This document shows, in pieces, positions 29,552-42,849 of a stretch of 64,000 nucleotides of DNA. The position numbers and the translations under genes are program-made. This DNA comes from Phallusia mammillata (Eukaryota), in the NCBI GenBank assembly GCA_965637545.1, contig OZ281496.1, positions 27,094,001-27,158,000 on the forward strand, written 5' to 3'. The notes below the pieces were generated by a model, which saw nothing but the letters and a program-made list of their open reading frames with translations, ran no database searches and was not told where the DNA came from. How positions within the stretch are numbered: the first letter of the stretch is position 1; each line of letters opens with the position of its first letter.

Positions 29552-32240
29552 CTAACGGTTGTTTTCATGTGAGATATGGGTGCATGGGTCCTGACAAAAA
29601 TGTTTAGACAAATCCTTTATTGTTTTCTTCACCGAAACAGTTGAACCCTCGACGAACCTAAATATATGTTTGGCATTTCCAGTGATGTCAAGCAGTTGCT
29701 GTTCGTCAAAAGTATAGCCTTCTCTCTCGAATGCATACACGTAAATCTGTATACAAAATGTGATTCACTTTCACCAAATTAAGCTTGATAATTAAGAAAA
29801 GCAGTTTCGCATTACAGAAAAAAGCAACAATATCATTAAACAAAACATTACCTCATTTCGACAACTAGTTTCTTAATTTTGCGCGTTCTCTTTCACCAAT
29901 GTATGTTTTTTAAGTTGGCATAGTATTGTGTCAGGTCACGCTTAGCGTGCTACCGGTACTATGTAATCCAGTACTACCTGATTCATAGTCGCGTCGTCGA
30001 CTAAACCGGCTCACCACATCAGTACACTTCTGTAGTGTGAAGGGTGGCTAGCAAATAGCAACCCGTTTAGGACCAAAAAAAGACCTAATGAAGGGCGGAT
30101 GAACTTAAAAATGCCAAGCGTCAGCTAGATAAAGATGGTGTCTCGGAAAAAAACACCCCCAGAAGGAATGTGGGGCCTCCACTGCAGATATATATATGCC
30201 CTTATAGTAATCAGCCATGAAGTACAAAAACGAAAGAAGACACGTAAAGAAGAAGATCTCCTGGCTAAAACCAACGCTAAAAATTTAGCACGGCACCCTG
30301 ATTGATTGATAGTACTGTCAGCCTTCGCACCCCAAAGTAACTATTAAATCCACTTGGTAAAACTTACAATGTATCCTAAGCTACGAGCATAGACTGCTGG
30401 GGTTCGTACGTCGTCGTCTGAATTGCTGTCAGTAATGACGGTTATTTCTTTGGGAATTCGTTCGTCTCTCATTCCGACTTCAGTTCTTAACATGCTGTCA
30501 ACCGCAAACTGGATGGCAGCGCCTGTGTTGGTTGGCGAATCTGAAAATTTAGCACACATTTTTACCTTTGAGCAAAACTTTAAATTTCGGCTGTGGACAC
30601 AATGTCACAAAAACTCCCCTGTAGAGTCCAACGGTGACAAACTTAGAATTGACGCAAGTAATAAACACTCAAACTCAACCCCGTTTAAATATTTAAACAC
30701 AAAACACGAATTTACTCGATTAATCAAACAGCCAGACTCAACTTTATCTAATGAACCAACAACTCGGCGACTTGAATGGACACTGTGTATTTTTTGATGA
30801 AATGTCCAATCATTTATTAATATACTGCTTAAAGAAAAGACTTTTCGAATATTGCATATTTTTATTGTTTATTGATATGGTTAATTAAATTGCGATATTG
30901 CCTTTATGGTGACATGAGTACAACACTGGTTTAACACATTGACCTTTACACATATTGCTGATTTGCATGACATTTTTACGACTAGTTATGTCAGTACACT
31001 TACCATCTGGTACAGGTCCAAGTCTTTCTCCGAAAAGTTTTCCAAACAGTGTTGCGTTAGCGTCATATTCATTAAAATTGATAACAGAAGAATAGACCGG
31101 TCCAACACCGTACGTAAATCCAGCCCCCATTGTTGAATCCGCGCCGATATTAATTATTCTGAATTAACAAAACATTCATGTCACGATTGCAAAAGAAAAC
31201 CATGTACGCTATGGTTTGAGAAAGAATAAACGTCTGGCGATTATATAAATTGATAACTTCTTACCACTACAAGTTTAACAGTTGCTGCTGTTGCAAATAC
31301 TACACAAAATATCAAACAAATTGCAAATGGCAAAGTATTGTGTTACTTGCGAAATTAATCTCGAAAAGACTTTCACACCAAACTCTTATAAACTTATAAA
31401 AAGTTGAGTGCTTTTGCGATTTTAACTAATTTCACACTTGCTATTCACTCATTTGATCTTCAAGGATCTGTTTTCAAGCAGCATTTTTTCTAGGTATTTT
31501 TGTGTCAAGAGTCAATTAAATTCACATGGCCATATTTCGAACTGATTCACTTACTTCAGGATTTCGGCAAAGGTTTGGAAAACAAACGCCATGCTTCCTC
31601 TTTTGAAATGATACAAACCAACGGAATCAGACAATAGATAAGGCGGACATGGGCCTGCAACACACAAAATACAAAAACACTTTACAAGAAATTGACTAAA
31701 GGTTAGAGTACAACTGTTTTGTGCCAATACTTAACTAATGCATTAGTTAAGTATCGGCGGATGTTTTTACCAGTTTAATTAAATAAATAGCGTTGATCAG
31801 TCCATTGCAAATTATATGGATAAAGAAATCATCTATTTTCCTTCAATACAGAATTTTGAGGAAGTGACATTGAACAACTGACAGCTAACAACAAATAGCC
31901 AATAACTTGGATAAGCTCTTTTCGTACTGAATATTCCAAAAAAATATATATATACAACTATTTCCAGTTTATCACCAAATGAAATTCTTCCTGTGGACCA
32001 CCCAAAAAGTCATCATAGACCAGTAGTGGCCCATGGATCACCAGTTGAGAATCACTGACTTACGTGCACAACAAGGTGTATCATATTGCCAGTTGCCGTC
32101 GGCTCCACACACATTTTGATCTCTTCCTACTGGCCACAATTCGTAGTTTGGTGAAGTGCATTGATATCTGCAAACTCTGTTCTTGCAGTTGATACTTCCA
32201 TGTGGAAAGTTAGTTGGTGGCGGTGGACAGTTAAACCTGA
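29552..32240 (-). CDS. Array unit 5: headless copy (CCP - vWA exons only, open and in phase; no signal peptide or Ly6 exons)
   Basis: Five exons: RFNCPPPPTNFPHG...DTPCCAR; LSDSVGLYHFK; MGAGFTYG; DSPTNTGAAIQFAVDSML; HFCQDPCTHISHENNR*. No exon 1-3 homology between 32240 and the unit 6 stop at 33421. Confidence 0.75.
31870..32057. mobile_element. Diverged copy/end of the 13973-type MITE abutting the unit 5 CCP splice donor
   Basis: cctgtggaccacccaaaaagtcatcat...cagttgagaatcactg matches the 14215-14281 end. The left end is not resolved. Confidence 0.6.
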
Positions 32241-32394
32241 CTGCTCAAAATAGGTTTTCTGATTAGATACAAACTCTATTTTGCATTGATAAATGCGAAC
32301 AGCAACTTTATTAAAAGCTAAGATGAACATAAATTCATAACTGGGATCAACCCTGAAGCGTCGATGCAGACCAGCGATCACGGCACACTCATAT

Positions 32395-32493
32395 ATAAAT
32401 CACAGTACGCCAGGCCCATTAAAGGCGTCACACCGAATCAGCCGGGCTGATTCGGTGTGACGCCTTTAATGGGCCTGGCGTACTGTGATTTAT
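32395..32493. repeat. Perfect inverted repeat: 49-bp arms, 1-nt spacer
   Basis: ataaatcacagtacgccaggcccattaaaggcgtcacaccgaatcagcc-g-ggctgattcggtgtgacgcctttaatgggcctggcgtactgtgatttat. Confidence 0.95.
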
Positions 32494-33420
32494 TAAAAGC
32501 TGATGAATGCTGATTTACCATGGTCTAGTTGCCTGACATTATTTCTTTTATCGAAGCTACTTTTGCGTACATTTCTAGTGTTGTTCACTTGGTTAAGTGT
32601 TTATTATTGACAGTATGTTAGTAAAATACGTGTTTTACCAACCTGATGTTGATCTAACTCCCGCTACGTACAAAAAAGCGGAGCAACATAGCAAAACGCT
32701 AGTAAAGCACTGCATACCTAACATATGATTCGTTGTGAATGAAAGAACCTGCAAAATGTAACGCGCACTGAATTTGGTCATTGAATTTGGTTCTTGTTAT
32801 TTCTAACCGCGATATCTTGCCTTGTGAGAATATGTGTTTGAACGATAGCAGTGACCGCAAGTTTGACCTTGGCAAGTTCAGAGAAACTGGCCTTGAAAAT
32901 AAATTTAAACAGCAGTTTTGATAATATTCTACTTTTTTGCCACCCGGTTTGTTACTACAAATTTACAAAAACACATTTTTTAAAGTGTCACACGGCTTCT
33001 ATGTGAAATTCAGATTGTTTTATATTTAGAATGATTTGAAAGCAGATACCCTGAGATCTTTCAGATTTTGTGATTTACACATAAACGCTCATTTCATTTC
33101 TCTATTACTTTTTCGATTCAAAATTTAAACAGTTTAATGAAGAAGTATAATAATCAAAACGAAGTTTTTGCACTAAAGTGTTGCAGGTGTTCGAGTTTTT
33201 TATGCATATAAACAACAAAACGTAAAGATAACACAAGTCGCAAGTCGAGTGCAAAGTAGAACAAAAGGACATTGCAAGACGTTACGAATCCGAAAAAACT
33301 ATGTTTGTTATCATGTTAAACTCTTTTTAAGTACTAGCGGTGTCAGTTATTTCACACACATACTGGTTTAAGTGCGCTAAAAGATTTAGTTGTGTGTATT
33401 TTGTAATCAGTTTTATCAGT

Positions 33421-36400
33421 CTAACGATCGTGGTCATGTAAAACATGGACACACGGGTCCTGACAGAAGTGGCCAGCTAAATCTTTCAAGGTTTCCTCCA
33501 CCGAAATCGGTGAACCTTCGACAAACCTAAATATATGTTTCTTATCCCCTGTAATGTCAAATAGTTGCTGTTCGTCAAACACATATCCGTCGCTCCCGAA
33601 CGCATACACGTACATCTGTAAAAACATTAAGATACATGGTTCACCAAACAGATTTCATCAAAATTGAACATGAACAATTTATGCTGTGTAACATTTTTAC
33701 ATAAGGCAACTGCACGTTAATACGAAGTATTATGACGAGTTTGTTATGATGTTTCAAAAGCATCCACGTTTTTCCTTTCATGTTATAACCATGGCCAATG
33801 CTTACTCGGCTATTTAGGAACACATTTCCATCATGTGCAATTTATTTACCAAAACCTTTTGAAAGTATGTTGTTTGACTCTGTCCGAATAAGGAACTGAC
33901 TATGTCAATATAAAGCGAACATTTTGATCTGTCCATCCAAAAAGGCATTATGTGGTGCGCACTACGCAGCGATAGAAAAAGTCGCCAGGTGGTACGCGCT
34001 TAGTTTGAGAACCACTGTTCAATATCAACAAGTTAACGGACTTGGTAAAACGTACAAGGTATCCTAAGCTACGAGCGTGGGCTGCTGGGGTTCGTACGTC
34101 GTCGTCTGAATTGCTGTCAGTGATTACGGTTATTTCTTTTGGCACTCGTTCGTCTCTCATTCCGACCTCCGTTCTTAACATGTTGTCTACCGCAAACTGG
34201 ATAGCAGCGCCTGTGTTGGTTGGCGAATCTGTGGGATAAGGTGAATAATTAACAATCTGAAACCTCAAACACCGCGTTATTACATGTCAGTCACTGCTCT
34301 AGAGAGTTTAAGTGTATAGCAACATTTAATTCCTGTAAGTGTATGTGGATTAAGCCAAAAATAGTTTTTCAGCAAAATTAAACTCTTAATTTGCAAATTC
34401 ACATGCTTTACATTGTAATTATGTGAACGCGGCCAAAAAGTATCAAAACATATGTTGCATACACATCTAACTCTTCCAGACATATCTTTTGGTGGAAAAT
34501 TCAATCAAAGACATGGTTCGCAGCAAACATGTAGAGAAGTTAAAACTAAAATCATAGTTTCGTTTTCTTTTCGCACACCACCCTAATCATCAAATTTTAG
34601 ATTGTCTTTGCTTCTCTGCCGAAGGTCGACCTGATCAGAATTATCAGCTAATCAAGCTTGATTTGCACTCGCTGGATGGAAAAACTTTACACACTGCATG
34701 TTTATCAACTATTTACTTTACTGTGTTTGTTTTTGGCACTCATTTTTACATCCGTTTACAGAGACTGATGATGCCACTTAGGCGAAATATGCATTCCTTT
34801 ACATTACATGGAGCGACTGATTCTGTTTTAACCAAGGGTTTCATTGTCTATTGGTTTTACTGTTTTATAGTTAAAAAGGGCAAACTGTGATTATCCGTTT
34901 GAGGCCATGCTGTTGGTGGTTTTGTTCTATTACTGCCGTTTTGATCTATTGTTAGTTTGGACTTTTATGACTAACATATAAAAGAGATAAGTTTGACTTA
35001 CCATCTGCCACAGGTAGAAATTTTTCTCCGAAAAGTTTGCCAAACAAAGTTGCGTTGCCGTTGTAATCATCAAAATTAACGACGGACTGAAGGTTGGGCT
35101 GAGCGCCGTACGTAAACCCTGCGCCCATGGTAGTATCTTCGCTTATAGTAATGCTGAAATTGAAAACCAAAAACACATGCTTTTTGGTCCATACGATGTA
35201 GGTGTCAAAAATGTTGTGGGCTTAATACATTTTATTATTTCAACCCTGGCCTTACAAAATCTGTAAAAAGTGACGCCCAAGGCTCCAGGCAAAGTAGGAG
35301 GGAATACTGTTAAACACACACACGTTTTGGTGAATTATCTTTTGCATACACTTGCAGTTTACCGTGTTTATTTTAAAAAACAATTTTTGATAAAATGACA
35401 ATCTTTGTATCCATGTTTTTGTCTGCTTGTTTGTTTGTAAGAAACAACTTAAAACTGAGTTTGAATCGAACCAAACCACTTACTTTGAGACATCTACAAA
35501 TGTTCGGTAGACAGATTCCATGTTTCTGGCTTTGAAATGATACAAGCCCACGGAGTCGAATAACATGAAAGGTGGGCAGGGACCTAAAAATTAAACATCT
35601 AACTAAGATTCAATGGAAGCTACGTGTATATCACTGAAAGCAGGTTACTGAGTTAGAATCCATACTGTTTCATATAAATCGTTCTTATCGACCATTTCGT
35701 TCTTATCACAGACGCAACATGATTTGTATTTGCTCACGTGCACAGCAAGGTGCTTTACTATTCCAGTTGCCGTCGGCTTTACACACAATCTCATCCTTTC
35801 CTGCTGGCCACAACTCGTAACTTGGGTCAGTACATTGATATCTGCAAACTCCGTTTTCGCAATTGACTCTTCCATGCGGCAAGCTGGTCGACGGTGATGG
35901 GCAATTGTTGTAAACTCTTTCTGCTCAGGAAGAGTAACGTTTAGTCATATTGTACTTACTATAGCATCAGTAAATCATACAGCATTGTAATTCAATCTAT
36001 CTGATACCTACTGCAACCTTGTACGCCACAACCCAAAACTAATTTATCTTAATTATTGTCAACCAGAAACAAGCGTTTAAATACACAGCATAGAAGGAAA
36101 AACTTTTTTTGCCAACTATCCTGTTCTAACGTATTGCATTATGTGACCCAGTTCAACACGTACTCAATTTTAAAAAAAACTCTCGCAAGTGGTCTGCAAT
36201 GTTTAGAACGAGAGGTCCTGGTTTATTTCATTACGTTTTCTGGCAGTTTGTTTTGTGACCGAACTAATTTCTTTTCTAAGTTAGGGAAACGCATCTCTAA
36301 AGGAGATAAGTTATCAACGTAATACCAACCCGGTGCTGATCTAGGGACAGGTCTTGACTTGGGTAAAGGTCTGGGGTTAGGAACAGGTCTTGGTCTCGGC

Positions 36401-37157
36401 ACAGGCCCATTTAACAGACAAGTGTTCGATCCAGCATTACACAGATTTCCTTGGCAGCAACACGTACAAACTGAATTGGCCTGATCTGTATTACACTGTG
36501 TTGAAGTTCCAGAAGGTGCTCTGTTCTGTGTTTTTCAAAACAAAAACGTCGTGTTCTTTAGAGAGAGTATATATAGCAATATACCGTATTTTTGTCAATT
36601 ATTTTTGTCAAGGCTTTAAACACTTTTAATGACGAAAATGGCAAAATAAATTGTCCCATGGTGACAGATTATACAAATTTTTATTATTCAAAACATTTTG
36701 GAAATGAACAGAATACCTGGTTCTGGTTGTTTCTGCAAGCATGCGAGTCCTTGCAACCTTTGCTAACTTGTAGTCTTCTGTTGTGTCTTCTTATCACTGT
36801 TTCACAGGATTTCTGCAAAAACAATAAAGTTTTTTGAAACTATGACATAAAAGTTTAAGGACTTAAACATTGATGTTAAATATGCGTTATACTGAATAAG
36901 ACGATACTTTAAATTAAAGTTACGATATTTGAGGTTTAAAAATTGATTAAATATCTTTTTAAGAAACTCGAAATACAGGTCTAATAGGATTTCACAACAA
37001 ACATTACTTGGTTTGGTTGGCAAGTCTGTTCCCCTCTGCGATCACACGCCCTTGTACTAGCTGCTGACTGACATGTTATACATCGTAGTCCAGTTGCATA
37101 AGAAAAAGCACAAACAAAAACACAGCAGCAAATCAAAAACCTTATGAAGCAATGCAT
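33421..37157 (-). CDS. Array unit 6: secreted Ly6 - Pro/Arg linker - CCP - vWA protein, intact
   Basis: MHCFIRFLICCCVFVCAFSYATG-LRCITC; SCETVIRRHNRRLQVSKGCKDSHAC; CTCCCQGNLCN...PVPRPRPVPNPRPLPKSRPVPRSAP; CPSPSTSLPHG; LFDSVGLYHFK; HFCQDPCVHVLHDHDR*. Confidence 0.88.
36334..36405 (-). repeat. 4 x 18-bp coding minisatellite (Pro/Arg-rich linker of unit 6)
   Basis: Coding strand: CCTGTGCCGAGACCAAGA / CCTGTTCCTAACCCCAGA / CCTTTACCCAAGTCAAGA / CCTGTCCCTAGATCAGCA. Confidence 0.85.
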
Positions 37158-38007
37158 TCTTAGTATGATACCTTCCACACAGAACAGTTCTGTAAAATAA
37201 CACTCGTAACTTATTTGATTTGGTCGTGTACCCAACTGACCGTCTTATCTTGCGACGTATGTCTGATATTGTCGATTGATAACCCTGACATCATAACAAC
37301 ATTTTGACCTGTTGCGAACCCTAAGGAGCAGCTATTTCAAACATAAGCTAAAACAGTACATTTGCAGTAACGTTGTCAATATTCCTGTGTGGTTGGTCGC
37401 ACATTTAAAACTGTGTTTGGCGTCCGGCTATTCTAAACTAATAAAATTTTAAATACTGCTTTGACCAATAGCATTTATAACAGTGCATATGTTTATCCTG
37501 AAATTATATTTTTTTTGTCAACATCTTGTTTCAATTAACGATTAAAGTCAGAAACAGTGCAACACATTTGAAACGGGACTTTTAGTCAGACCTATGTAAT
37601 ATAATATTCTTTTCGCCAATTTGACACCAGACACCCTTAGGGCTTTTAGTTTTAAGACATGCTCGCAAGGATCTTTGCCAAAATGTGAGTTTATGTCGTT
37701 CACTCAATATATCTGTGTGTATGATAGATTACTCTACTTTTGACTCACACAAACTGCTTATTCAAATAGATTTGAAAACAGCTCACGACACAATTGTCTT
37801 CTCTACAATATTACAGTCTATCTGCACAACAATATAAACAGCTCTTGCAAACAAGATTAATAATTGTGCATGTGCTTTTATTTCTTTTCTTGTAATCAAC
37901 TGAGCCACAAAATACTCCATTATACAAATTTTTTGGTACACAATATTCATACAAAAATTTTTGGTACAAAATTTCGTGCCGCTGATGTGCTACCAGACTG
38001 AAGCATT

Positions 38008-41000
38008 TTACTGGTTATGATCGTGCAAAACGTGAACACATGGGTCGTCACAGAAGTGAGAATTTAAGTCTTTCCACCAGTCTTCTGGAAAAGCATCAAA
38101 ATCGCTTCCAAATTTGAAGATGTGATCTTTATTTCCAGTGATGTCAAGCAATTGTTGGTCATCAAGCACAACTCCTTCCCTTTCAAATGCGTAGACGTAT
38201 ATCTGTGCAAGTAAATGTTTTAGTTTATTAGAAAGAAAATACCGTATTTCGCTGGAACTGTAAGTCTATGTAGAGTTGTAATGCATTTATTGTTGTTTTT
38301 TAACACGAAACAGGGCACCAACATTTTCTTTTCTCTTTTTTGACATTTAAGAGGGTAATACCTTACATAGTAGACGCTCAGTGTGTTGACGATCCTAAGT
38401 GTTAGTATAACAATATTTAAACGCGCATCTTTTCAATGATAAATTGACAAAATAATATAGCTCACAATGTATCCAAGATCCCGAGCGTTTTGTCCGGCAG
38501 TTTTGACGTCATCATCCGAGTTGCTGTCGATGACAATGGAAATAGCTTTTGGTACCCGGGAGTCTCTTGCACCATTTTCGGATTTAAACATGTTATCCAC
38601 GGCGTATTGGATCGCTGCTCCAGTGTTAACAGGTGTTCCTGTGATAGGCAGGAATTCTTATGCATATGGTGGTTAAAAGATTGTATTCTTTAACGCTGAT
38701 GTTATGAACCCATTTGAACTCACAGTTTTTTCCTGGTAGCTTATTTCTATGAATATTTTTTATCCGACACCGTTTGTGAAACCTCACGGTCTTTAACGCT
38801 ATGACCGTTTAGAAGAGACTTTAAACGGTTCTACACCCCAAATACTTGGCTTACACGTGTATTGACTTGGCACTTATATGAGTGATATAACATTACTTCG
38901 ATTGAGTAGCAAAAAAACACACACCCAGTAATACTTTTCTCTAGTTGTTCAATAGTCAAACTTTAAATTTACATGAGTTGAGACAAAAATTTATGAGACA
39001 ATTTTCTCTATTGGTGTTTAAACATGAGGTGAGGTCATTACACCGATACACCTACCTTCAATCGAGGGCCGTAGTCTTTGTCCGAAAAGTGTGTTCATTA
39101 TAGTCTCATTGTATTGATATTCGTTGAAATTAGTGATTGATGACAAATGAACAGAAGAATCATATGATAAGCCCGCGGCCATTGTGGAATCGGCACCAAT
39201 GACAATGTATCTGAAAACACGAAACGAATGGTTATGATTTTATTGTTTATTACTTTTTTGATAATTTGACAGAGAATTGTTGCGTATTGTTTAATGTAAG
39301 TAAAAGATAAACAACAGGAGTAATTTAAAAGCAAACTTACTGTGACAGTTCTCCTAGAACACGAAACATATTTTCTACGTTGTCCGGTTTAAAGTGATAC
39401 AATGTCACGAAGTCATACAAGTAGTAAGGTGGGCAAGGTCCTAAAACATAAAAAAACATCGTTGAATGGGTTTACTCTAATTTCTTTTCTTTTTCGGGCA
39501 CGAAGTACTTACGTGCACAGCAAGGTGTGTCAAATTGCCAGTTTCCGTCAGCTCCACACACATTCTGATCTCGTCCTACTGGCCACAGGCCATAAGTTTC
39601 ATCAGTGCATTGATATTTGCAAACTCCGTTTTCGCAGTTGATGTTTCCATGTGGAAAACTCTTTGGTGGCGCTGGGCAGTTGTCATGTCCGACTAAAAAA
39701 CAAGTCATTTACATATTCTGTATGTATACAGAATCGAATAATCTCAATTGACAGCTTAAACTTGAATTTGGTTTGGTTATGTAGTAGGTTGGCGATTTTA
39801 ATAGACACTTTTTGCCCACAATCTTAGTATGACTGGCCAGTTGTAGGCTTTATACGGAATTTTTGCCCTCAACGAATTATTTTTGTCCCGACCATGCTTA
39901 AATGGTTTGCAGACACTAGTTTTGCGAAAAAATTATATTTTACTTGCAGAAACTTTGCATCAGTTGTTGTTTAGCCCAGTTTATATTAGTTTATATTACG
40001 GGTCGAGTGCGCGTTAAGCTTTCGCTAAACACAAAAGAGGCCAGATTCAAACCCAAAAACCTACGCCGTATTTGCTTTGTGAATTGATTTGTTGCGTTTT
40101 AGTCATACATTCCGGAAACTTGACGTGGACTGTCTGCCAAATTTGTTTCTTCTTAACATTAGTGCCCCATTTTCGAGAGTAAAATTTTAGCCCGCTTTCA
40201 CTTTTAACCCAAATGGTTTATTTGTAAGTTGCTTGTCATGATCTGTTGTATAAACGAACCTAGTGATGTGGGGACGGTTACAGCGGAAGAACAGTTTTCA
40301 AGTCCAGCGTTGCAAGAATCTCCATCACAGCAACAAGTACAAAATGAGTTGACTTGGTCTCCATTGCATTGAGTAGACTTGCCTGAAGGTCTGTTGTTCT
40401 GCAAAAAAACAAATATTTTTGTAACGACAAACAGAAAATGTATTCCTAACGTATGTTTAACACCTACGAACCGCATAACCGCAAAAAAAGTTATTTCACT
40501 ATAGTATAAGGCAAGCCTATACATCATACGAAATTGTTACATTACATAGATGACACTGTGCATCCTGTTAGAACCTCTTTAGCAGAAGAAATGCCAAAAT
40601 AGCATTTCCATGCTAATAACGTACGAATGCAGGGATGACAGGGCGATGATGGTTGATAATGCGTAATTACACATAGCTGCTTCCCCAAAAGTACCCGGGA
40701 AAATGAATTGCTTTGAGCTAAACTGTCGGATGTGTGTCATTAATTTGTTAGACAGCATTCGTTTGCTTATTAAATCCCCTGTTTAGTTTAAGTTGTGTTG
40801 AAAAATTCAAGACACTTGCGGGCTTATCTTATAACCTACGAACACTTTATTTTTCTACTTTTTGTTAACATATGTCTTTAAGTCTTTTTCAAGGATCTCT
40901 CAAATACAACTGGGTGCGTTAATTACTTTGCAATAACAGGTTCTGGTATCACCAGTATCTTCATATATTTACCTGCAGTTGGTTGTTTTTGCAAGCTTGC

Positions 41001-41500
41001 TGATTTTTGCAGCCTTTGCTTACATGCATTTGGTTGTTGTATCGTCTTATCACCGTCTCACATGAGTTCTGAAAGGTTAAGTAAGTAACAAAATTCGCAT
41101 TTCAAAGGCTAAGAACGTGTTAATTAGGCCAAAACAACTCAAATGTAAGCCAAGATAAAGCTTGTTTCCCACTTTTTTTTTTAATAAAAACAGCGATAAT
41201 TTCTGCTTGAAAATTGACATTACTTATTATATATTCCCTTCCATTGACGCATAGAAATTTTAAGCAGTCATGACAAAAACAAACACAACTGCTGTTTCGC
41301 GCTTGGAACCAAAACCATCTTGAATTCCTTCTGTAAGTGTTGGTGTACTTAAAATCACTTACTTGATTGTCCAAACATTGTTGTTCTCCTTCCAAATCAC
41401 ATTGTTCAACGCTTGAGGCACCTTTGCATGTAATGCATTTTAGGGCTGAAACGCTTGCAATGGCACAAGCAAAAAGTATAGTAACAACCAATAACTTCAT
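38008..41500 (-). CDS. Array unit 7: secreted Ly6 - CCP - vWA protein, intact
   Basis: MKLLVVTILFACAIASVSA-LKCITC; SCETVIRRYNNQMHVSKGCKNQQAC; CTCCCDGDSCN; CPAPPKSFPHG; LYDFVTLYHFK; NTGAAIQYAVDNMF; HFCDDPCVHVLHDHNQ* (stop 38008). Confidence 0.88.
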
Positions 41501-41955
41501 GGTTTTGTCATAGAGCTATCACCGATACAGCAGAGATGGATTTGTTTATAAACCCCATTTTGTGACCTTTCTTTGCAAAACCTGCCTCTTGGGCACGATA
41601 AACATTAAGATTAACACGTGTGTCATAAACAACACCTGTAAAACCCGCTTCGAAACACTTAAGGCTTGGCGTATGTCATAAACATAAACGTGGACTTTAA
41701 AGCGCTTATTGTTGTTGTTATTGTTATGGTACATTTGCTACCCCTACGTTTCAGTTATAAAGCGCTGCATAACAGCCGTATTATAAAGCTGAACTGCTGA
41801 AAAACATACCTCGTCAAAACATTCTGATTTTATTTAGCGCAGGCGGGGTGCAATAATAAAACACATCACACTGACACGTTTTTTTACAGTAGAATGAAAA
41901 TAGTGGACAATAGCAACGTTTGATTTAACTGTAAGAGCCATGTGTTTGAAAATGC

Positions 41956-42849
41956 TCAGTTTTTGGGGCCTTCGCTCCCACCGAACGGCGAAGTAACAAT
42001 TGTTTTCCATGTTTCGTAGGTCAGCAAAACGGCCATGAGGTTCGCCGTAACATCAAGTCCGTAAATTGACAGTGGAATCTTTCTGCTTGATTGGGGAAGG
42101 TACTTGTTCACAATAGCCGCAGCAGCGTCCGTCAAAACGCAGATGAGAGTTGTAATTGTTGTGCGTTTTACGATAGACAGGCTAGCTCTGCTTCCATGTC
42201 TTTGCTTAGCGCAATGGAACGGATATAAGAGCAGGAAAAGCATTAACGCTTGACCGATGGCATTAACCGATGTAGCGACAAGGGCAGGCCAAGCGATGTA
42301 GTCGCCCTTGTAACGGCAGCCGCACGCGGTGTGTTCATATGTGTTAAGCACGTTGAAGATTATCCCAGAAAGATGTTGACCCACGACCATCATTATAATA
42401 CTGCTATAACTCAATACTTTAATCAATGTATTTTTAAGGTGCTGAAGTAGCGGGCTCTGATACAACGTCGCTTGTTTGGTCCATAGAAAAAAGTACACCA
42501 GAGAGTTTGAAGTTACCAGTAGTTCTATCGAAATTTTTACCACAACGTTGCACATGGTGGTTTCGCCAGGTAAGAAACCTACGTTGACGACCACTAGAAT
42601 ACTGATAAGAAACGCTAGGACCGATACTGCTGCTACAGAGGCCAGTCGGTAAAGCACATAGCCGCCGTTACTCTTCGAAAACTTTTGGTGTTTTAAGCCG
42701 TAGAACAGGAAAGAAATGAATACCCACGTTGAAAGCATAATACACATGCTGCTTATTACTATCGCACCGATCCATTTTGGCTTTTCGTAGCGTTCCATAT
42801 GTCGTATTTTTAAAGGACTTCTAGCCATCGTGTTGTTTGCAGAGTTCAT
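41956..42849 (-). CDS. Intronless orphan 7TM (GPCR-like) protein A, 297 aa
   Basis: True ATG at 42849 (MNSANNT; the ORF-track start is a GTG). Seven hydrophobic segments, N-terminal N-glycosylation sequon, Cys at the top of TM3 and in ECL2. TM3 end is VYFFLWTKQATLY (no DRY). Confidence 0.8.
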   Translation of the reverse strand: MNSANNTMARSPLKIRHMERYEKPKWIGAIVISSMCIMLSTWVFISFLFYGLKHQKFSKSNGGYVLYRLASVAAVSVLAFLISILVVVNVGFLPGETTMCNVVVKISIELLVTSNSLVYFFLWTKQATLYQSPLLQHLKNTLIKVLSYSSIIMMVVGQHLSGIIFNVLNTYEHTACGCRYKGDYIAWPALVATSVNAIGQALMLFLLLYPFHCAKQRHGSRASLSIVKRTTITTLICVLTDAAAAIVNKYLPQSSRKIPLSIYGLDVTANLMAVLLTYETWKTIVTSPFGGSEGPKN

